A DNA stretch of 62,017 nucleotides, counting the filler, from Porpidia crustulata (Eukaryota): the NCBI GenBank assembly GCA_964255105.1. It is 5 parts of 5 records of this genome, joined end to end, with 100 filler letters (N's around TTAATTAATTAA, not from the genome) between each part and the next. Parts side by side here need not be neighbours in the genome. Positions count along the whole stretch, not along the records: positions 12,439 to 24,769 come from CAXUWE010000547.1; positions 24,870 to 37,197 come from CAXUWE010000548.1; positions 37,298 to 49,617 come from CAXUWE010000549.1; 2 more parts are not named here. One strand, written 5' to 3'. Shown here piece by piece: positions 23,001-37,597 of this stretch. A program made the position numbers and the translations under genes. Numbering within the stretch: position 1 is the first letter of the stretch; each line of letters starts with the position of its first letter. A model generated the notes under the pieces. The model saw only the letters and a list, made by a program, of their open reading frames with translations, made no database searches and was not told where the DNA came from.

Positions 23001-23911
23001 ATCAAAGTCCCCTCATAGTCGATCGTCAACCTAAGGAAGATGCGCCACAACCCACGCTTTCCCCATTGAAGCCCCCTACCCGAAGATGGGCCTCCAACAT
23101 GTCCATATCATCCTCGAGTACAGATCATCAAAGCGAACCGTCCAAGGGCTCGCGACGGGAGTCTTTTATGAGCAGGCGTTCGGCATCAAGTCGCCGAGGA
23201 AGCGATGTAGAGCTTCCACGATCCATCAGCGAAACTTCTTTAGCCACGCTAAGTCCTGATGGAAGAAGGGAAGACAAGAAAGATTCCAAAAAGAGTAGGC
23301 TATTCAAGCGCATGTCGAATATTTCGTCTGCTTCGCGGAGAAGTATTGTGCAAGCATTGAGTCCTTCGGTGAAAGAGGAGTCGATTGCTGAACATCATGA
23401 GCCGGTATATGAAGCACCTTCAACGCTTATCGAGGTGGGGGATGTCAATATTCAGTTTCCTGATACATTGGTATGAGTTTTGACCACCTCTATACTTGAC
23501 TTATGCTAACAGACCGTCTAGCTGTGGAAACGCCGCCATATGATAGTAGAGCAAGGGACTCTTATACTTTCCCCTCCAAAGGCAGATCATGTAAGTCATT
23601 CGCACCACTCCAGCATTCTGGATACCATATTAAGCAAATCCCACCAGTATTCCAAAGTCCCAATTAAACGTTTTCCCCTCGCCGAATTCCACGCACCTTA
23701 CATCCCTGATCAGGATCGACAAGAGCTTCCTAACAGCGTCATCCTTGACTTCAAAGACGGGAGTACATTGCAGTGCGCATGCGAGAATCCGGGGGGGCAA
23801 GCGCACGTTTTACAAGGTACGTTTCTTTTTCCATAGTTCCCTATTTCTGTAGGAGAAATCTACTAAAGTCTAGATGTAGTCCTCAAAGAATACCACTTCC
23901 TTCACAGTTGA
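20081..23911 (+). CDS. Large protein with N-terminal ADF-H/cofilin-like domain, disordered middle and C-terminal PH-like domain
   Basis: MSLDGLDAREVNEAY..GGW/FLLKY...PLYGFVQYRRRKVIMKYVPEGTSRLL resembles ADF-H. A roughly 1000-aa S/P-rich exon follows. The C-terminus GDVNIQFPDTL/LWKRRHM...PNSVILDFKDGSTLQCACE resembles a PH fold. Stop TGA at 23909-23911. Confidence 0.8.
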
Positions 23912-24579
23912 TGACAGTCATCGGAAGACATTTCCTTTTACTTTACATCATCCTTAGCAATCCACGAAAGCAAAATCCACGGGAACGAATATATGGTATG
24001 GGTGATGGTAGAATGGAAGGGTTCTTTTTTGTAATATGACCAGGACAGAATAGCCATTACCGTAGAAATAACATTTGTAGAAATCTCAAGGGAGGAATCT
24101 CGTCACTTCTTTCTGTCCTTCATTTCTCCGGTCTAACCTTTTCCTCGCGGGCTCGAGTGTATAACAAAAAAGCATTCGTAGTGCTTGGCCAAGCTAAAAC
24201 AAGAATTAATAGCTTTAACCGACGTATTTCACATTCTCTTCAAAGACGTTCGTGACTGTACGCCATGCTAGTCGTTGATCAATGGGGAAACACTTCATCA
24301 AGTATAGGGGTTAGACGCGGTAAGCGCCAAAGCGCTTGATGCGTCATTGATTAAAATGTTTCCATAGGAATTAAATAACACATGGGTTTGCAATTTCTTC
24401 TGCAACAGTGGACGTAATATCATATAGATTGAGTTGTCATCTGAGCCGCTGCATATAAACCAGAACATTCTGAGTAGATTGGGCTGGCGCGATTATAATT
24501 GGTCTCTACTGCACAACATGTCTTTATAGATAGCTTTCGTTCCTTTTCTTCGTTTCCTTGAGCATTTCGTTTAGTCACT

Positions 24580-24769
24580 ATGTACAACAAAAAAATGAGC
24601 GCACTATTACGGCAGACCAAATATCGACGGCATCGGATCTGCCGCTCCTCTTCAAACCATGTTACCCCTGCAACATCCGGAGCGTCAGAAGCAGAATTGG
24701 AATCCGCAAAAAGATACTGTTCCGATCTTCTCCAGTAAGGCCCCTTTTCTCCTCATCTTTACCTCATAG
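24580..24769 (+). CDS. 5' fragment of an NDUFAF6-like (squalene/phytoene synthase fold) mitochondrial protein
   Basis: Not in the ORF track. MYNKKMSALLRQTKYRRHRICRSSS...AELESAKRYCSDLL followed by donor GTAAGG. An Arg-rich presequence plus the A..YC..LL motif that typically opens this family. Truncated by the gap. Confidence 0.55.
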
Positions 24770-24869
24770 NNNNNNNNNNNNNNNNNNNNNNNNNNNNNNN
24801 NNNNNNNNNNNNNTTAATTAATTAANNNNNNNNNNNNNNNNNNNNNNNNNNNNNNNNNNNNNNNNNNNN
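24770..24869. other. Artificial contig linker
   Basis: N44-TTAATTAATTAA-N44. Confidence 0.98.
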
Positions 24870-25895
24870 GGTTTGGGGGGTGAGCTGGTATGGGGTTTTG
24901 CAAGTTGTATATGTTATAGTGATGGATGATGGTTCGTATGGTTGCTGACGATCGTGCGGCAGGTTGTTCTTAGGTGAGCTTTCCCTGGTGCTCGAGTCGT
25001 TGGACGATTCTCCAACGTAGGTCCTTTGGTCTGCTGATTGAGCGCTCAGTGGGCTACTACTCCCGCAAGTGCTACAACTGAGGTTCGTGCGGTCGATTTT
25101 AACTCCTCCGTTGTGATGCCCAATCCCAGAAGCTCCGTTTGATGGTTGGATTATCTCTGTTCGTGGGATAGAGCCGGACGACGCCGATGTCGATTCAGAC
25201 CCATCTTCGACATACGGATGCTCGTAATGCTGGCGGCCCCGGAAGCGGTGCGAGTTCAAACGACTTCCGAAGCCGTCTTGCTGATGCCAGGTCCCTCGAG
25301 ATCTGTATCTACCAAAATCATTGTCGAAGTCTCGGGCGAACGTGCGGCGATGCCCTCTTCGAAAGAGATCCAGCGGCCTGTGTGTGGAGTTAGACTGAAC
25401 AGACTCAGAGGATATTTCATCATCAAGGATACGTCTTCGTCGTAAAGTATTAGATCCCTCGTGGAGGGCTGGGAGATAGTCAGATCCTCGGGTCTGAATT
25501 GTAAGAGGACGATGCCATGCCATGGACATATCGCTGGTGTCTTGCTCTGCGGGAGAGCGGCGGTTTCTCCCGGTCATACGTTGTACAATACGTGAATGCT
25601 GCTCCGTTTCTGAGGCTGCCTGATGACGTGCGGGATTGCTACGGGAAAGTGTGCTGTCTGGTCTATCCATCTGTCTTGTTGGTGCTCCATGCAAGGGGCT
25701 TCTATGACTACTCTCTCTACCAGAGGAATGATGCGGCGGATTGACTGTGTCCAAGGATCTGGATTGTTGAATATCGTTGCCGGCATTGGTCCCACAACGA
25801 TGTCCCGACACAGTATGCGGGCGAAAATCGTATCCCTTTTGGCACATCCAGCAGCCTCTGACTGAATGATCTCGGTCATTCCCCGCTTCTGCCAT
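24870..25895 (-). CDS. Hypothetical low-complexity Ser/Arg/His-rich protein, 3' truncated
   Basis: Long open frame (26249 to the gap). A plausible ATG at 25895 gives MAEAGNDRDHSVRGCWMCQKG. No family recognised. Confidence 0.5.
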
Positions 25896-28731
25896 GCTAT
25901 GATCAATCAAGACTGTTACGCTGTATTGGGGTGATCTGCGTTCTGCTTCGGTTTTCGGTGCTGGAAAGCCAGAATGTCGGAGTTCCACGACTGTCGTTAT
26001 ATAGATCGTCGTCCATGTTTGCGATGGCAATATGGAAGTGGCTGGCGTTGTCTCTGATCTGGCAAACACGATGGTTACAGCGAAGGGATAAGTCAAGATG
26101 AGCTGGGAGTGACGTGCTACCTCCAGTCGGATGAGGCAGACACGCAAGCCATGGACAAGCAGCCGGACAACGTATACTACTGTATCTGTCAATATCAGTG
26201 ACGTAGATCTCTCCATGGTGAGGGTACCTGTGTCAGCAGCGACCAACACTATTTATACTGCCTCTCAATGAGCTATGTCTCTTGATTAACATAGAAAGAA
26301 ATCTTGATAAAAAATTTATGCGCTCGAATTTAGAGTGTAGATCGGCATCTCCCCTGAGATACATTTTGTTTCTCAATTCAGATTCGTCACGATCAATCGG
26401 AAAGCCTCGAAGAAGATCAAAATAGGACTTAGATGCAAAAGCCGAAAAGACATAGAAGATACTGAGGCCGGACGGAGATGCTGTATGAGATACCAATTTT
26501 CTTTACGTATGCACCTAGAAAACCCATGGAGATCCGTGGTTGAAACCCACAATTGAAGCACCCTCCATTGGAAACAGCGTTTTTCATGGAGAAAAGCCCG
26601 CCAAGTTCAGCTCACTCCACCTTCATGCGACTCCAGTCACGCCAGTTCCCCCTGTCACATTGAATGCCTTCTCCAGCCTCGTAACAGTCAATTTCCTCGA
26701 GAGTCCCATTCTTCCAAATATCATTAGACGTCCATTGCTGGCACACACATACTGTAAAACATGAGCAATCAAATTATGGACAGGTTTCGCAGCCAGAATT
26801 TGTACGACAACCGTTCTGTCGGGACAGGTATAGCGTAAGCACTTGACCTGCAGAGCCAGTCAGCAGCCACCGAAAATCCGATAATTGCCAGCCAATAATT
26901 TAATTTCAAATCTTCCAACTCTTCTGATTTTCAATCAAAATTGGGCTGCATAACCCAATCCAAGTTGGTGGATGTCGTGAGAGACAACCAAGTTAATGTA
27001 GAAGCCCACTGTAGCGTGTTCTTCCGCCTGAAACAGAAAGTCCAGCAATCAGGATACGATGCTGCACCTTCCTGGTTAGTGTGAAGATTCCAGAATCCTG
27101 CCGTCCCGCAGCCACGCATACCTTGATACCTAAGTATCTGACGCTTAAGATTTTCGTGTTCTTACAACTGACGGCGAACCCCCAAGCAATATCTCACTAT
27201 ATTCAAAAACCTTTTCCAAAGTCCCAATCAGGAACTTGGAATACCAGAACAACATGCGACAGGGGTCCTGTCATACTGCGACTTGCACGAGGCACGGGAT
27301 CTGGTGTCATCACGATATGCATACCCATCACAACTCCAGTATGTGGAGACTGGAGTACATCGGGTCTGCACCCGGGTCCCAAGCATCAGGATTGTGCCGA
27401 CGGTGGTGGCGGCGGTGGCGGCGATGGCAGAAACGGCACGCGAGTCGTTGCGCATAACAGAACAGAGGGTCTGTGTGGTGCAGACCGGCGGTCTCAAGCC
27501 TTTTACTCACGACACGGGCACTTCGGAACAGCGTTGTGATATATGAATGTCAATATAAACTAGTACCGCGGAATTGAACCCGTCGGGTCGTTGCAGCGGA
27601 GTGGCTGCAGGTACTCACATAGGCGTTTCTGGTAAGATTGTCCAGCGACCTAGAGCTGGCTAACGACGAAGCTACTTCGAACACTCCGAGCACGACCGTC
27701 TGCAAGCGCGGCATAGAGACTTGGATATGCATCGTTCCGTGAGACATGATCCTGTTCCCCGACCACCCAAATACACGTGTTGCCTGGGCGTGCTCAACGG
27801 CCTGGAACGATCTTTGCTAAAAAAAATCTTCTTATCGGGCTGCCAGTCCATTGAGTACGCCATTGGATAGACAGCTCAATGCCCTTGACTTAAGCATGCT
27901 AGCTATTTACAATTTCGGTCCCATCACTCGTCTACTGTTAAGCTCGCACCTTGAGCATCTCCTGGTAATATGGTGCAGAGTAATGGCACCACCATGGATA
28001 CCCGAATTTCCGGAAACCTATCGAGGATTTTCTCGCGCAATTTTTTGCCGTCGTCCTGGGATTCAAGATAGGCTTGTGACAGGAACCTCCCAGTTCATAT
28101 TGTCGGTTCGTCTCTGGAATTGACTCATCTCCCTTAAGAATAAGATGTATCCCTGCTTTTGTGACGATTTCGCCACTAAGGTGAAGCTTGCAATAACACG
28201 TATGAGCAAAGGTGTCGTCGCTGCATTTATGTGTTGTCGTTTTGAGCCGAACAAACTTTCCAAACAAGTACGGTATTATACAAATACACATCTAGCAAGC
28301 TCGATGAGGGAAACATCTGGCAGATCGTTGAATCACAAATGCTAATCATCTAGATAGTGATTCAAATTTTGTGAGTAGAATTAGTATTTTGACCTCGAGG
28401 TATGGAGCCTTTTATGCGATTGCGCAAAGCGGTCCAACTGGTGCGTAGAGTTACATGGAGTATGAAGGATCATGACAAGATCGTTGGCGGTGTTCCATCG
28501 AAGTCGCCAGCCAAAACGTCAGTCAAGCTGATTAATGTCAGTCTGCAGCATGGCCGGCATCTTCATGGAAACAAACCCTAACAGAATATGTGTTTTCATT
28601 ATTGTAATGCTGTTTGCGAGAGAACGCCAGCACCTCTCAATGCAGGGGTATAAGGGTACACCAGACATACAAATTACACGAGCCACGAGTCCCTACCCAA
28701 CCAGCGAAAAGCCATCGAATTCCCATTTCCG

Positions 28732-31700
28732 TCACGACCGTCTATCAAAAAACCAGCTACTTCTCTTGTTACCATTCCCGTGCGCGTCCTGCGATTGTAA
28801 GCCACTGAGGAATGGAATGTTTGGTCCAGCTCCATTCATGTGTTCAGTCCCTCCACCACCACGGAGGGGTTTCGCTATCCGAGATCCTGCACCACCAAAG
28901 CTAAAGCCACCGGATGCATTAGATGATGACGAGAGGCCACGTGTAGAGCCGAGCTTGGCGGCTTCTAGGCGATCTTTGACGGCCGTGAGCTGTACTTCGA
29001 ACCTATTGGATGCGAACATTAGTACTCTCAGTATTGATCCTCCAAAGGACAAACATACCGATGGTTCGCAGCCGTCAACTTCTCTTGACTGTCCTGTAAT
29101 AATGCCTCCAAGCTCATGATACGATCGTTTCTTGCAAGAAGCTTTCTCTCGGCAATCGCTACTTCCTTTTTCAAGCTTCCGTTCTGTTCCACTAGCTGTC
29201 TTTGTACATGCGTAAGTTGCTCTAGGTTACGTTCCAGGAACGCCATCTTCTTCTGCTGTGCTCGATTGTTTGACGAGCGTAGAACGTTATTATACTGCTC
29301 CCTCGTCTCATCTAGCGATATTTCCAGCTCGACTACGCGTTCGCATCTATTTTGCAGGTCTCGCATCAAGGATTTCTTCATTATGTCGAAATCAGCAATT
29401 TGCTGTTGAACGGTTCTATTGGTTGCCGAAGGCGACAGCGAGCCATTCACAACTGCGTTTTTCGAAGATTCTTCGATGTCGACCCTCAGGCGGCTATTCT
29501 CCTCATCCTTGAGTACCAAGTCTTGCCGTAGACCCTTGAGCATCTCCGCTTGTGTTTCTTTTCCCTCGGCGTAGACTTTGCTCAGTCGGCCTTTGAGTTC
29601 TTCTACATCAGCTTCAGAGAGGTTTCGTTCAAGAAGCTCTTCATATTCGCTCTGGATCGAAGCTATGCGTTCCTCTAAGTTGTCCCTGCTCCTCATACGC
29701 TCACTGCCGGATTCTGCTGTGGTACTCATACGAAGCTCAGCTTGCCGGACTATGCCTTGGGTCTCGAGTAGTCGAGTTCTTAATTCTTGTAAGTGATCTG
29801 GTGCAACAAGTTCTCCTGCCGCACTCGCATTGTATAAGGCGTCGACTTGCTCGAGACAACCTTTGACTCTACTTTCATTTTCTGAAAAGGCGTCTCCGCC
29901 AACGTCAAAGCTAGCCATCATTTGCGCCATCCGCTCGTGCTTCTTTCTCTCCTTTTCATCGAGCATGGCACTGGTCTCTTTTGCACTCATTCTCACATCG
30001 AGGAGCTGCTGCTTTACTTCGTCCAATTCGGCGGTCAATTCTGCGTTAGCTTCTCTAAAGCCATCCATGGTAATTGACGCCTCTCTGCCCTCAAATGCCA
30101 CTCTCTCCAGCTGCAACCGTAATTCGTTGACTTCAGTCTGTAGTTTTTCATTATCTCTCGTAGTTCGGTTACTATTTTCCTTCAGTAATTGAAGCTCCTC
30201 TCTTGCTTCTTTGAAACCCTTCTCAGCAGAGGATACTTGCGATTCTCTCTCTGCGATTTGATCTTGTAATTCGTTCTCTCGGCGCAAAAACTCTTCGCGC
30301 TCATCCTTGTCGAGAACTATGCTGGGGGTACTAGATCGGTCGCCCAGCCTCGATTCAGAACGACTAGGTGTTTCTACTCTTCCGATCTCTGATTGCAGGC
30401 GTGATGGGGTAGCAGGTCTCTGCATTCGCGACTCTAGCTTCATACCCGTGATAGAATCTGTGGGTAATGGGGAAGCCCATCTTTCCTTCGGCACAGTCTC
30501 GCCACTTCGCCATGTATGCACCTCTCCCTCAAGCGTTGATATATAGGTCTCGTAAGTCACAACTTGATGCTGAGCCTTTTTGAGCAATTGTTTTAACTCC
30601 AGAGGGCTGAGCTCTGCATTAATCTTGGCTTTGTTCTTGATTGCCTTTGCTCTAACACCAAATCTAAGAGTACTCAGAGTTTCAGCGTCATTATAGCTGC
30701 TTGGGGAGCAATTTATAATGAGAGTAGTTCTTGAGTTGCCGCCCAACGACTCTTGAAGGATTCGAGTAAGCTTCGAGTCTCGATACGGGATATGAGTGGA
30801 TTTGCCGTCAGTCAACGAGTTAATGACCATTCCCAGTGCACTCAAACTTTTGTTGATTTTTTTGGCTTCCTCAAGAGTCTGTCCACTGGCGCCCGTCTTC
30901 CCAACCTTTTCACTACCAGCAAGATCGACCAAAAACAGCTGTCCGCTCTTGGCTGAGCCAGTTTCTACGTTCTTCTGGGATATGGTGATCACAAAGATGG
31001 AGTGTGATCGGGAAGATTCTTGGTTCATGTTCGTTGCAGCTGTCGCCCGCGCAGCGCCTCCTCTTCTCATGACTTCGTAAACCTCTTGTACACTTGAGAC
31101 ATATATCTCCAGCAATCCTTTAACGTACACTCCTCTACTCTTCTCTTCGTGCACAGGCAAATTATCGTTTTGCGGCACCAGAAGGTCCCTGATCCTTTCC
31201 ATGTAAATCTCCATGTAGCTGACCCGCACAGTGTATTCAATATTACCTGGGCTTTGAAGAATACTAGTGAACATTTGCTCGACGATTCGTGGTATTATTC
31301 CCCTCGACTTTTCATCTTCTATGTCCGAGCCCATCATCGTGTACGATTTACCGGCACCAGTTTGCCCGTAGGCAAAGACAGTGCCATTGTAACCATTAAG
31401 TATGTCATCCACAGTAGATCGGATGGAAAAGTCGAAGACGTCAGCCTGTCTTGAGCTGGTGTCAAAGACTCGATCGAAGGTGAACGCCCCGGACGCTTCT
31501 CTAGACTATTGAACCCCAGTCAGCCGAAGCGGTCTAACCTCCAACTGACTGCAGTATTAATTGCAGAATAGAGCAAGGTCTTGTCCATACATTGATGCTG
31601 CAAGTGTCCTCTGTTTCAAAATCGACAATAGTTTCACCTCCACTTGCGACTTCGGCCTTATTAGGAGGCCGGAATCGCGCAACCACTAGACAGGAAAAAA

Positions 31701-31843
31701 TCAGTCTACACAGTCTCGACGAAATTGCCCCAAGCTTCCTTGTACCTTTGATTGTGTTGCCCGTATTCCCAACAGATCTAAAAGGCAATTGATATCAGCG
31801 CCATAATTCTATGAGTAACTTATTTGGAGCTCACTCACGCCAT
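28732..31843 (-). CDS. kinA: Kinesin-1 (conventional kinesin heavy chain)
   Basis: 5-nt first exon (ATGGC at 31843), then NTIK/VVARFRP. P-loop GQTGAGKSYT, NQESSRSH and LVDLAGSEKV, a coiled-coil stalk and the autoinhibitory tail RIAKPLRGGG. Confidence 0.98.
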
Positions 31844-32644
31844 GGCCGACAAAGGCTGGACAGATCCAAATTGAGATTAACCCCGTAAAATATCCTTTGA
31901 ATTTCGATTGAAAGCTATAAGTCACTGTTGGTTGTCAAAATTGTGCAGACATGTTCAAGTGGTCTAACATACTATTCTACAGGGGGTCGAGTGACGCGTG
32001 CGGAAGGCGGTTGATCAACATTGACATTATCTATCGGACAAGGCGACCGGTAAATTCCGTAGCCAGAACAGATATCAATCGCTTTTATCTCTGCTATCAC
32101 CCATACAACAGATCATAAGGTAATTCCATGGTACTTGAAATGAAATGAAATCGAAAAGGCCATCTAAGTGACAAGTTTGGGGACTTTGGGCACAGGTCCT
32201 CGATCCTGTAGCGCAAAGGCCGTGTGCTGCGCCGGCAAAGAAAGGCTTCTTGCATATTTCCGGCGTGCATTGCAGCAAAAAAACCCAAGCAATAAATTTA
32301 ACAAAGCATGATGCAAACGGGATGTTCCTGGAACAAGACATGGGCGATCAAGATTGCGTACTGTAATCACGATTCTGCAATGGTTCGACGCTCTAAAGTC
32401 GACCATCAGGTGGTGAACAATTGATTTGCCCGTCACTTTTTTCTAAAGAGCAACCATTAATGCAGGTGACATGCCGCTGGAAGTTCATTTCATCGAAATC
32501 GAGTATTGAGTATCCTCAACGCCAGACTCCACGCTATGAGTTGATAATCCAGCCTGAGGATGCTGAGGATTTACCTAGAGCATTGAATACCTGCGAGCTG
32601 CAACATCATCCTTTTGTAGTGTGGCGGACCTGACGAGCCCGTCT

Positions 32645-33318
32645 CTAATCATCCCAGCTCTTTTCGACCGTCTCTCGGACACGTTTGGTGTATTCCCGAC
32701 GATTGTCCTTGTAGAGGTTCGAGGCTTCCACATTAGCTGGTGATGATGTATTAGGATCGTTTAGTAAACTAGACAGGTGTAAGCGCATTCGGGGCGCAGC
32801 TAGAAGTATTGAATATAATTTGCTCCGTGCTCACCTCTGTATGCTAGTCAAAATAGCTGCCACGTCATATGTTGGACTCCATCTGTTCTGCAGAATGTCC
32901 AAGCATAGCTCGCCTGTACCATAAACATTTGGGTGAAACATCTGGCTGATAAACTTGACTCCTGGTGGTTTGTTCGGATATTGCTCCTCGAAGTGCATCA
33001 CTAAACGGAACGTTCCATCTTCAAACGGAGTGTCTGCAGGTCCGATAATGACAGCATTCCTTCGATGGTAATGTAAGTCGATTTCGAAAAGAGGAAGCTT
33101 GAATGACATACCAGGTCATGACATTGTCCGCAATCGGGGAAGCCGAAACACCTGCAGGAGGGTCTGTCTGCATACGCTGAGATCATGGAAGCCTTATTAG
33201 TACTTTTGAAAAGCTCCACTCAAACTTAGACATTGAAATAGCATTTTATCTGAAACTTCATCTTCAAGTTACTTACTTTGAAGTCACGCATGAGGCGGCG
33301 ACGTGCTGAGGTGGACAT
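32645..33318 (-). CDS. RAD6: Ubiquitin-conjugating enzyme E2 Rad6
   Basis: [53 protein letters not shown] and a last exon ...[11 protein letters not shown]. Three introns. Confidence 0.98.
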
Positions 33319-33581
33319 TTCGTTGTTGGTGAACTTTGATAAGAGTAATCCGCTGTTTCAGTCACGTTTGCCTCTTTGTGTGTGTGTGGATGGTTAAGGA
33401 TTGAGTTGTTCCTACTGTAAGATTAAAGATAGAGAAGATTCTTGGATTAGTATCTTCGTATCACAAATGGTTGAACTCACTGCACAAGCCTACCGAGGTG
33501 TCAATCTTGCCCCACAACTCCGCAAACTCCCCCGCCTTTGAAGCAATCTCCTTTCCTCGTGTCAAATCCAACACAAAAGGC

Positions 33582-35002
<1,421 letters not shown>

Positions 35003-36561
35003 AATATGAAATCGAGATTCCGTTGTATTCTAGGTATGTATTTATATATGTCTCTAAGTCACGGCAAGCATTGTGCCAGCTGTGGACTTGGCATAGTTGG
35101 GTGTATCATCCAGAGCAGCGAATATACCAGCGTCACGGTCCTGAGGTAGTGAATGATGGGCGCTTCAAATATAAATGCAGACATGCTTTGAGACTTGCCA
35201 GATATTTTCAAACCGTACTCGTTTACTGGTAGTAGAGCATCTTTGCAACATGGAAGCTCTAAGAAACGGGATATGGAAATAAACAGGCACCATCTGCCGC
35301 AGAAAGGCGAGGGGCTACGGGAAGCCGTGCCTCGTCTGCGACGACTACGCAAGTGCAATATTTGAAGGACCGGGTTTGAAGGGCGGTCTGCGGCTGGAAC
35401 CACCATCATGTTCTATTAAGTTCTTCTTCCAAAGTTAGTCGGGTATCGGACTATGCTAACATCATGTAGGACCCATCTGTTATCAGCGCACGGCTGCGTA
35501 TGAATCAGAATCTCAGGCTCGCTGGCTGTCGAATTTCCGGTCGGAGAAGTTACTGATACGAATGTAGCAATTATCGATCGATCGTTATTCTAAACTAAGT
35601 ATGCACAATACGAGAGATGGCGAATATTTTTGGGCAGAATTTGAAAGCTTCTGCTGCTGCTTCGACAACTATTATATCTAATCGCGAGACTTTACCGTTC
35701 CTTCGGTTGTCAATTTCGATACAGACGGTGCAAATATCTGAAGAACATATCTGAGTAAACCATCACACATTGACTCCACACGCAAAGGCCTAAAGGTTTG
35801 GTAGGGCTTCACGTATCATCCGCTTACGACAACAGCGAGCTCAAAGACCAGAAATTCCCGAGAAGATGTGCGGTCAGATTTGAGATATCCAGTAGATGGA
35901 CATGAAAGTAGCGGGAGAAGCTCAATTACTGCGTGGGGTGAAAATTGAACGGCACCATAATCACAACTTAGAGATACTTCGCACACGGACTTCGATGGCG
36001 GCCTTGATACGAAGGTTTGCAATCTGCGAAATCATGGCTGGTTGTTTAGACAGTCCATCGGATCATCTTAACATGACATATTATGTTGCATCTATGAGAA
36101 ACAGATAATACATAATTCTCCGAGTCTCGACTTACTATTTTAACATGCGTGTCTCAGCATACAGCGTGCTAATCGCGCTACGTAACCACTTGCTCCCGCA
36201 AATAGCAATGCAAAACCGACGACGTCTCAAGTTGAGGCGCAATTCGGTGCGACTCCGGTGTATCTGTCTTGGTCAAACCTTACAGTGCTTCCCACAATCT
36301 GTCTGCGTCGAAGCAGCAACGGATTGGCCCGAAAGGATCGACCCGTAAAGCAGCAGCTCCATGTGTACTCATGCGAGCCTATGGTATGGGAGGGCGGCCA
36401 ACCTTGGCTTCTCCATCTTATTGTAATGCAATCGTCCCGGCTAGAAATCAGGCATGATGGGAGGAAATCTCCACTGAGATTTCTTGATCATTACAGTGTC
36501 CCCGTCAACGTAGGAGAAGGACGGCGCGAATGAGCTCGAGTTAATCTCGAACGAAATAACG

Positions 36562-37197
36562 ATGTCGTCGCGGTCGTGGAGTAGTTCTACTGCCCAAACC
36601 ATCTCAAATACGTTGGTTGCAGCTCAACAATCCGCTACCATCGCCACTGCTTCGACCTCGGTGACTGCGCCCATGACTACCACAGCCGCAGCGCTCACTT
36701 CTACGCCTATCGCGTTGACCACGATTTTTACTCCTCCGCCTTCCTGTCTCTCTACGATCACCTACGATGGTACCGTAAGTGTCTCCGAGCCAAAGAGCTC
36801 CAATACAGCATGCTTCCATATGTTGCGAGATATGGCCTGGGAGCAGAGACTCTGCAGACATGATCCGTATCTCACAAATCAACTCCAGAAAGCAGGACTA
36901 ACTCCGAGATCTCATAGTCATTCTGGCAAGGAGGAGTCCGTCAGCTCGGAGATCATAGCTGTTACCCACCAGCATTTACAGCTGTCTTAAACAGCTACTA
37001 CAGCCCTGGCATCTGTCCCCACTCGTGGACGAGCGTGGGCACAAATGATGGAAACGGCGCAACGGCAAGCAACGGGCTCGCTCTCACCAACGCAATGTGC
37101 TGTCCCAAGTAAATTCTCTCCGCCCACCGCATCACCAAATCCCTCAAAACGTATATCCTGACCGTCCCTCCAGAAACTACTACCTCTCCACCGGCAC
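36562..37197 (+). CDS. Thr-rich Cys-patterned fungal surface or membrane protein, 3' truncated
   Basis: Exon 1 ...LTTIFTPPPSCLSTITYDG. Exon 2 SFWQGG...CYPPAF...YYSPGICPHSW...AMCCP. This Cys spacing recurs in uncharacterised ascomycete proteins. Confidence 0.7.
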
Positions 37198-37297
37198 NNN
37201 NNNNNNNNNNNNNNNNNNNNNNNNNNNNNNNNNNNNNNNNNTTAATTAATTAANNNNNNNNNNNNNNNNNNNNNNNNNNNNNNNNNNNNNNNNNNNN
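37198..37297. other. Artificial contig linker
   Basis: N44-TTAATTAATTAA-N44. Confidence 0.98.
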
Positions 37298-37597
37298 ACC
37301 ACCTTGATCCGGTGGGCTGCTGGGGATGTTGGGGAAGGTCTGATCGTAACATCGCGCACGCTTAGCTTATCTTTTCGGTGTTGCACAAAATAACTTAATT
37401 TTAGCTCTTTTAGAGGGGTAATTGAGATTTCGCTAGGCGAAAATTCGCCTAGCGTCAAAAACTAGGTAAGTAGGTAGTGGCATCTAGGTTAACGCGATTG
37501 ACGCCGGTGGCGAATTTCTCTTCTTGAATAAGATTCCCTGTGAACAAGCTCAATATCTTGAAGGTGATACGAGTTCATATCGCCTTACAAATGACAA

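Noticed and set aside
28535..31080. Many plus-strand ORFs over the kinesin gene
   Set aside because: Antisense shadows with no independent motifs.
35059..36533. Short ORFs between thiolase and the Thr-rich gene
   Set aside because: No motifs, codon bias or coherent splice structure.
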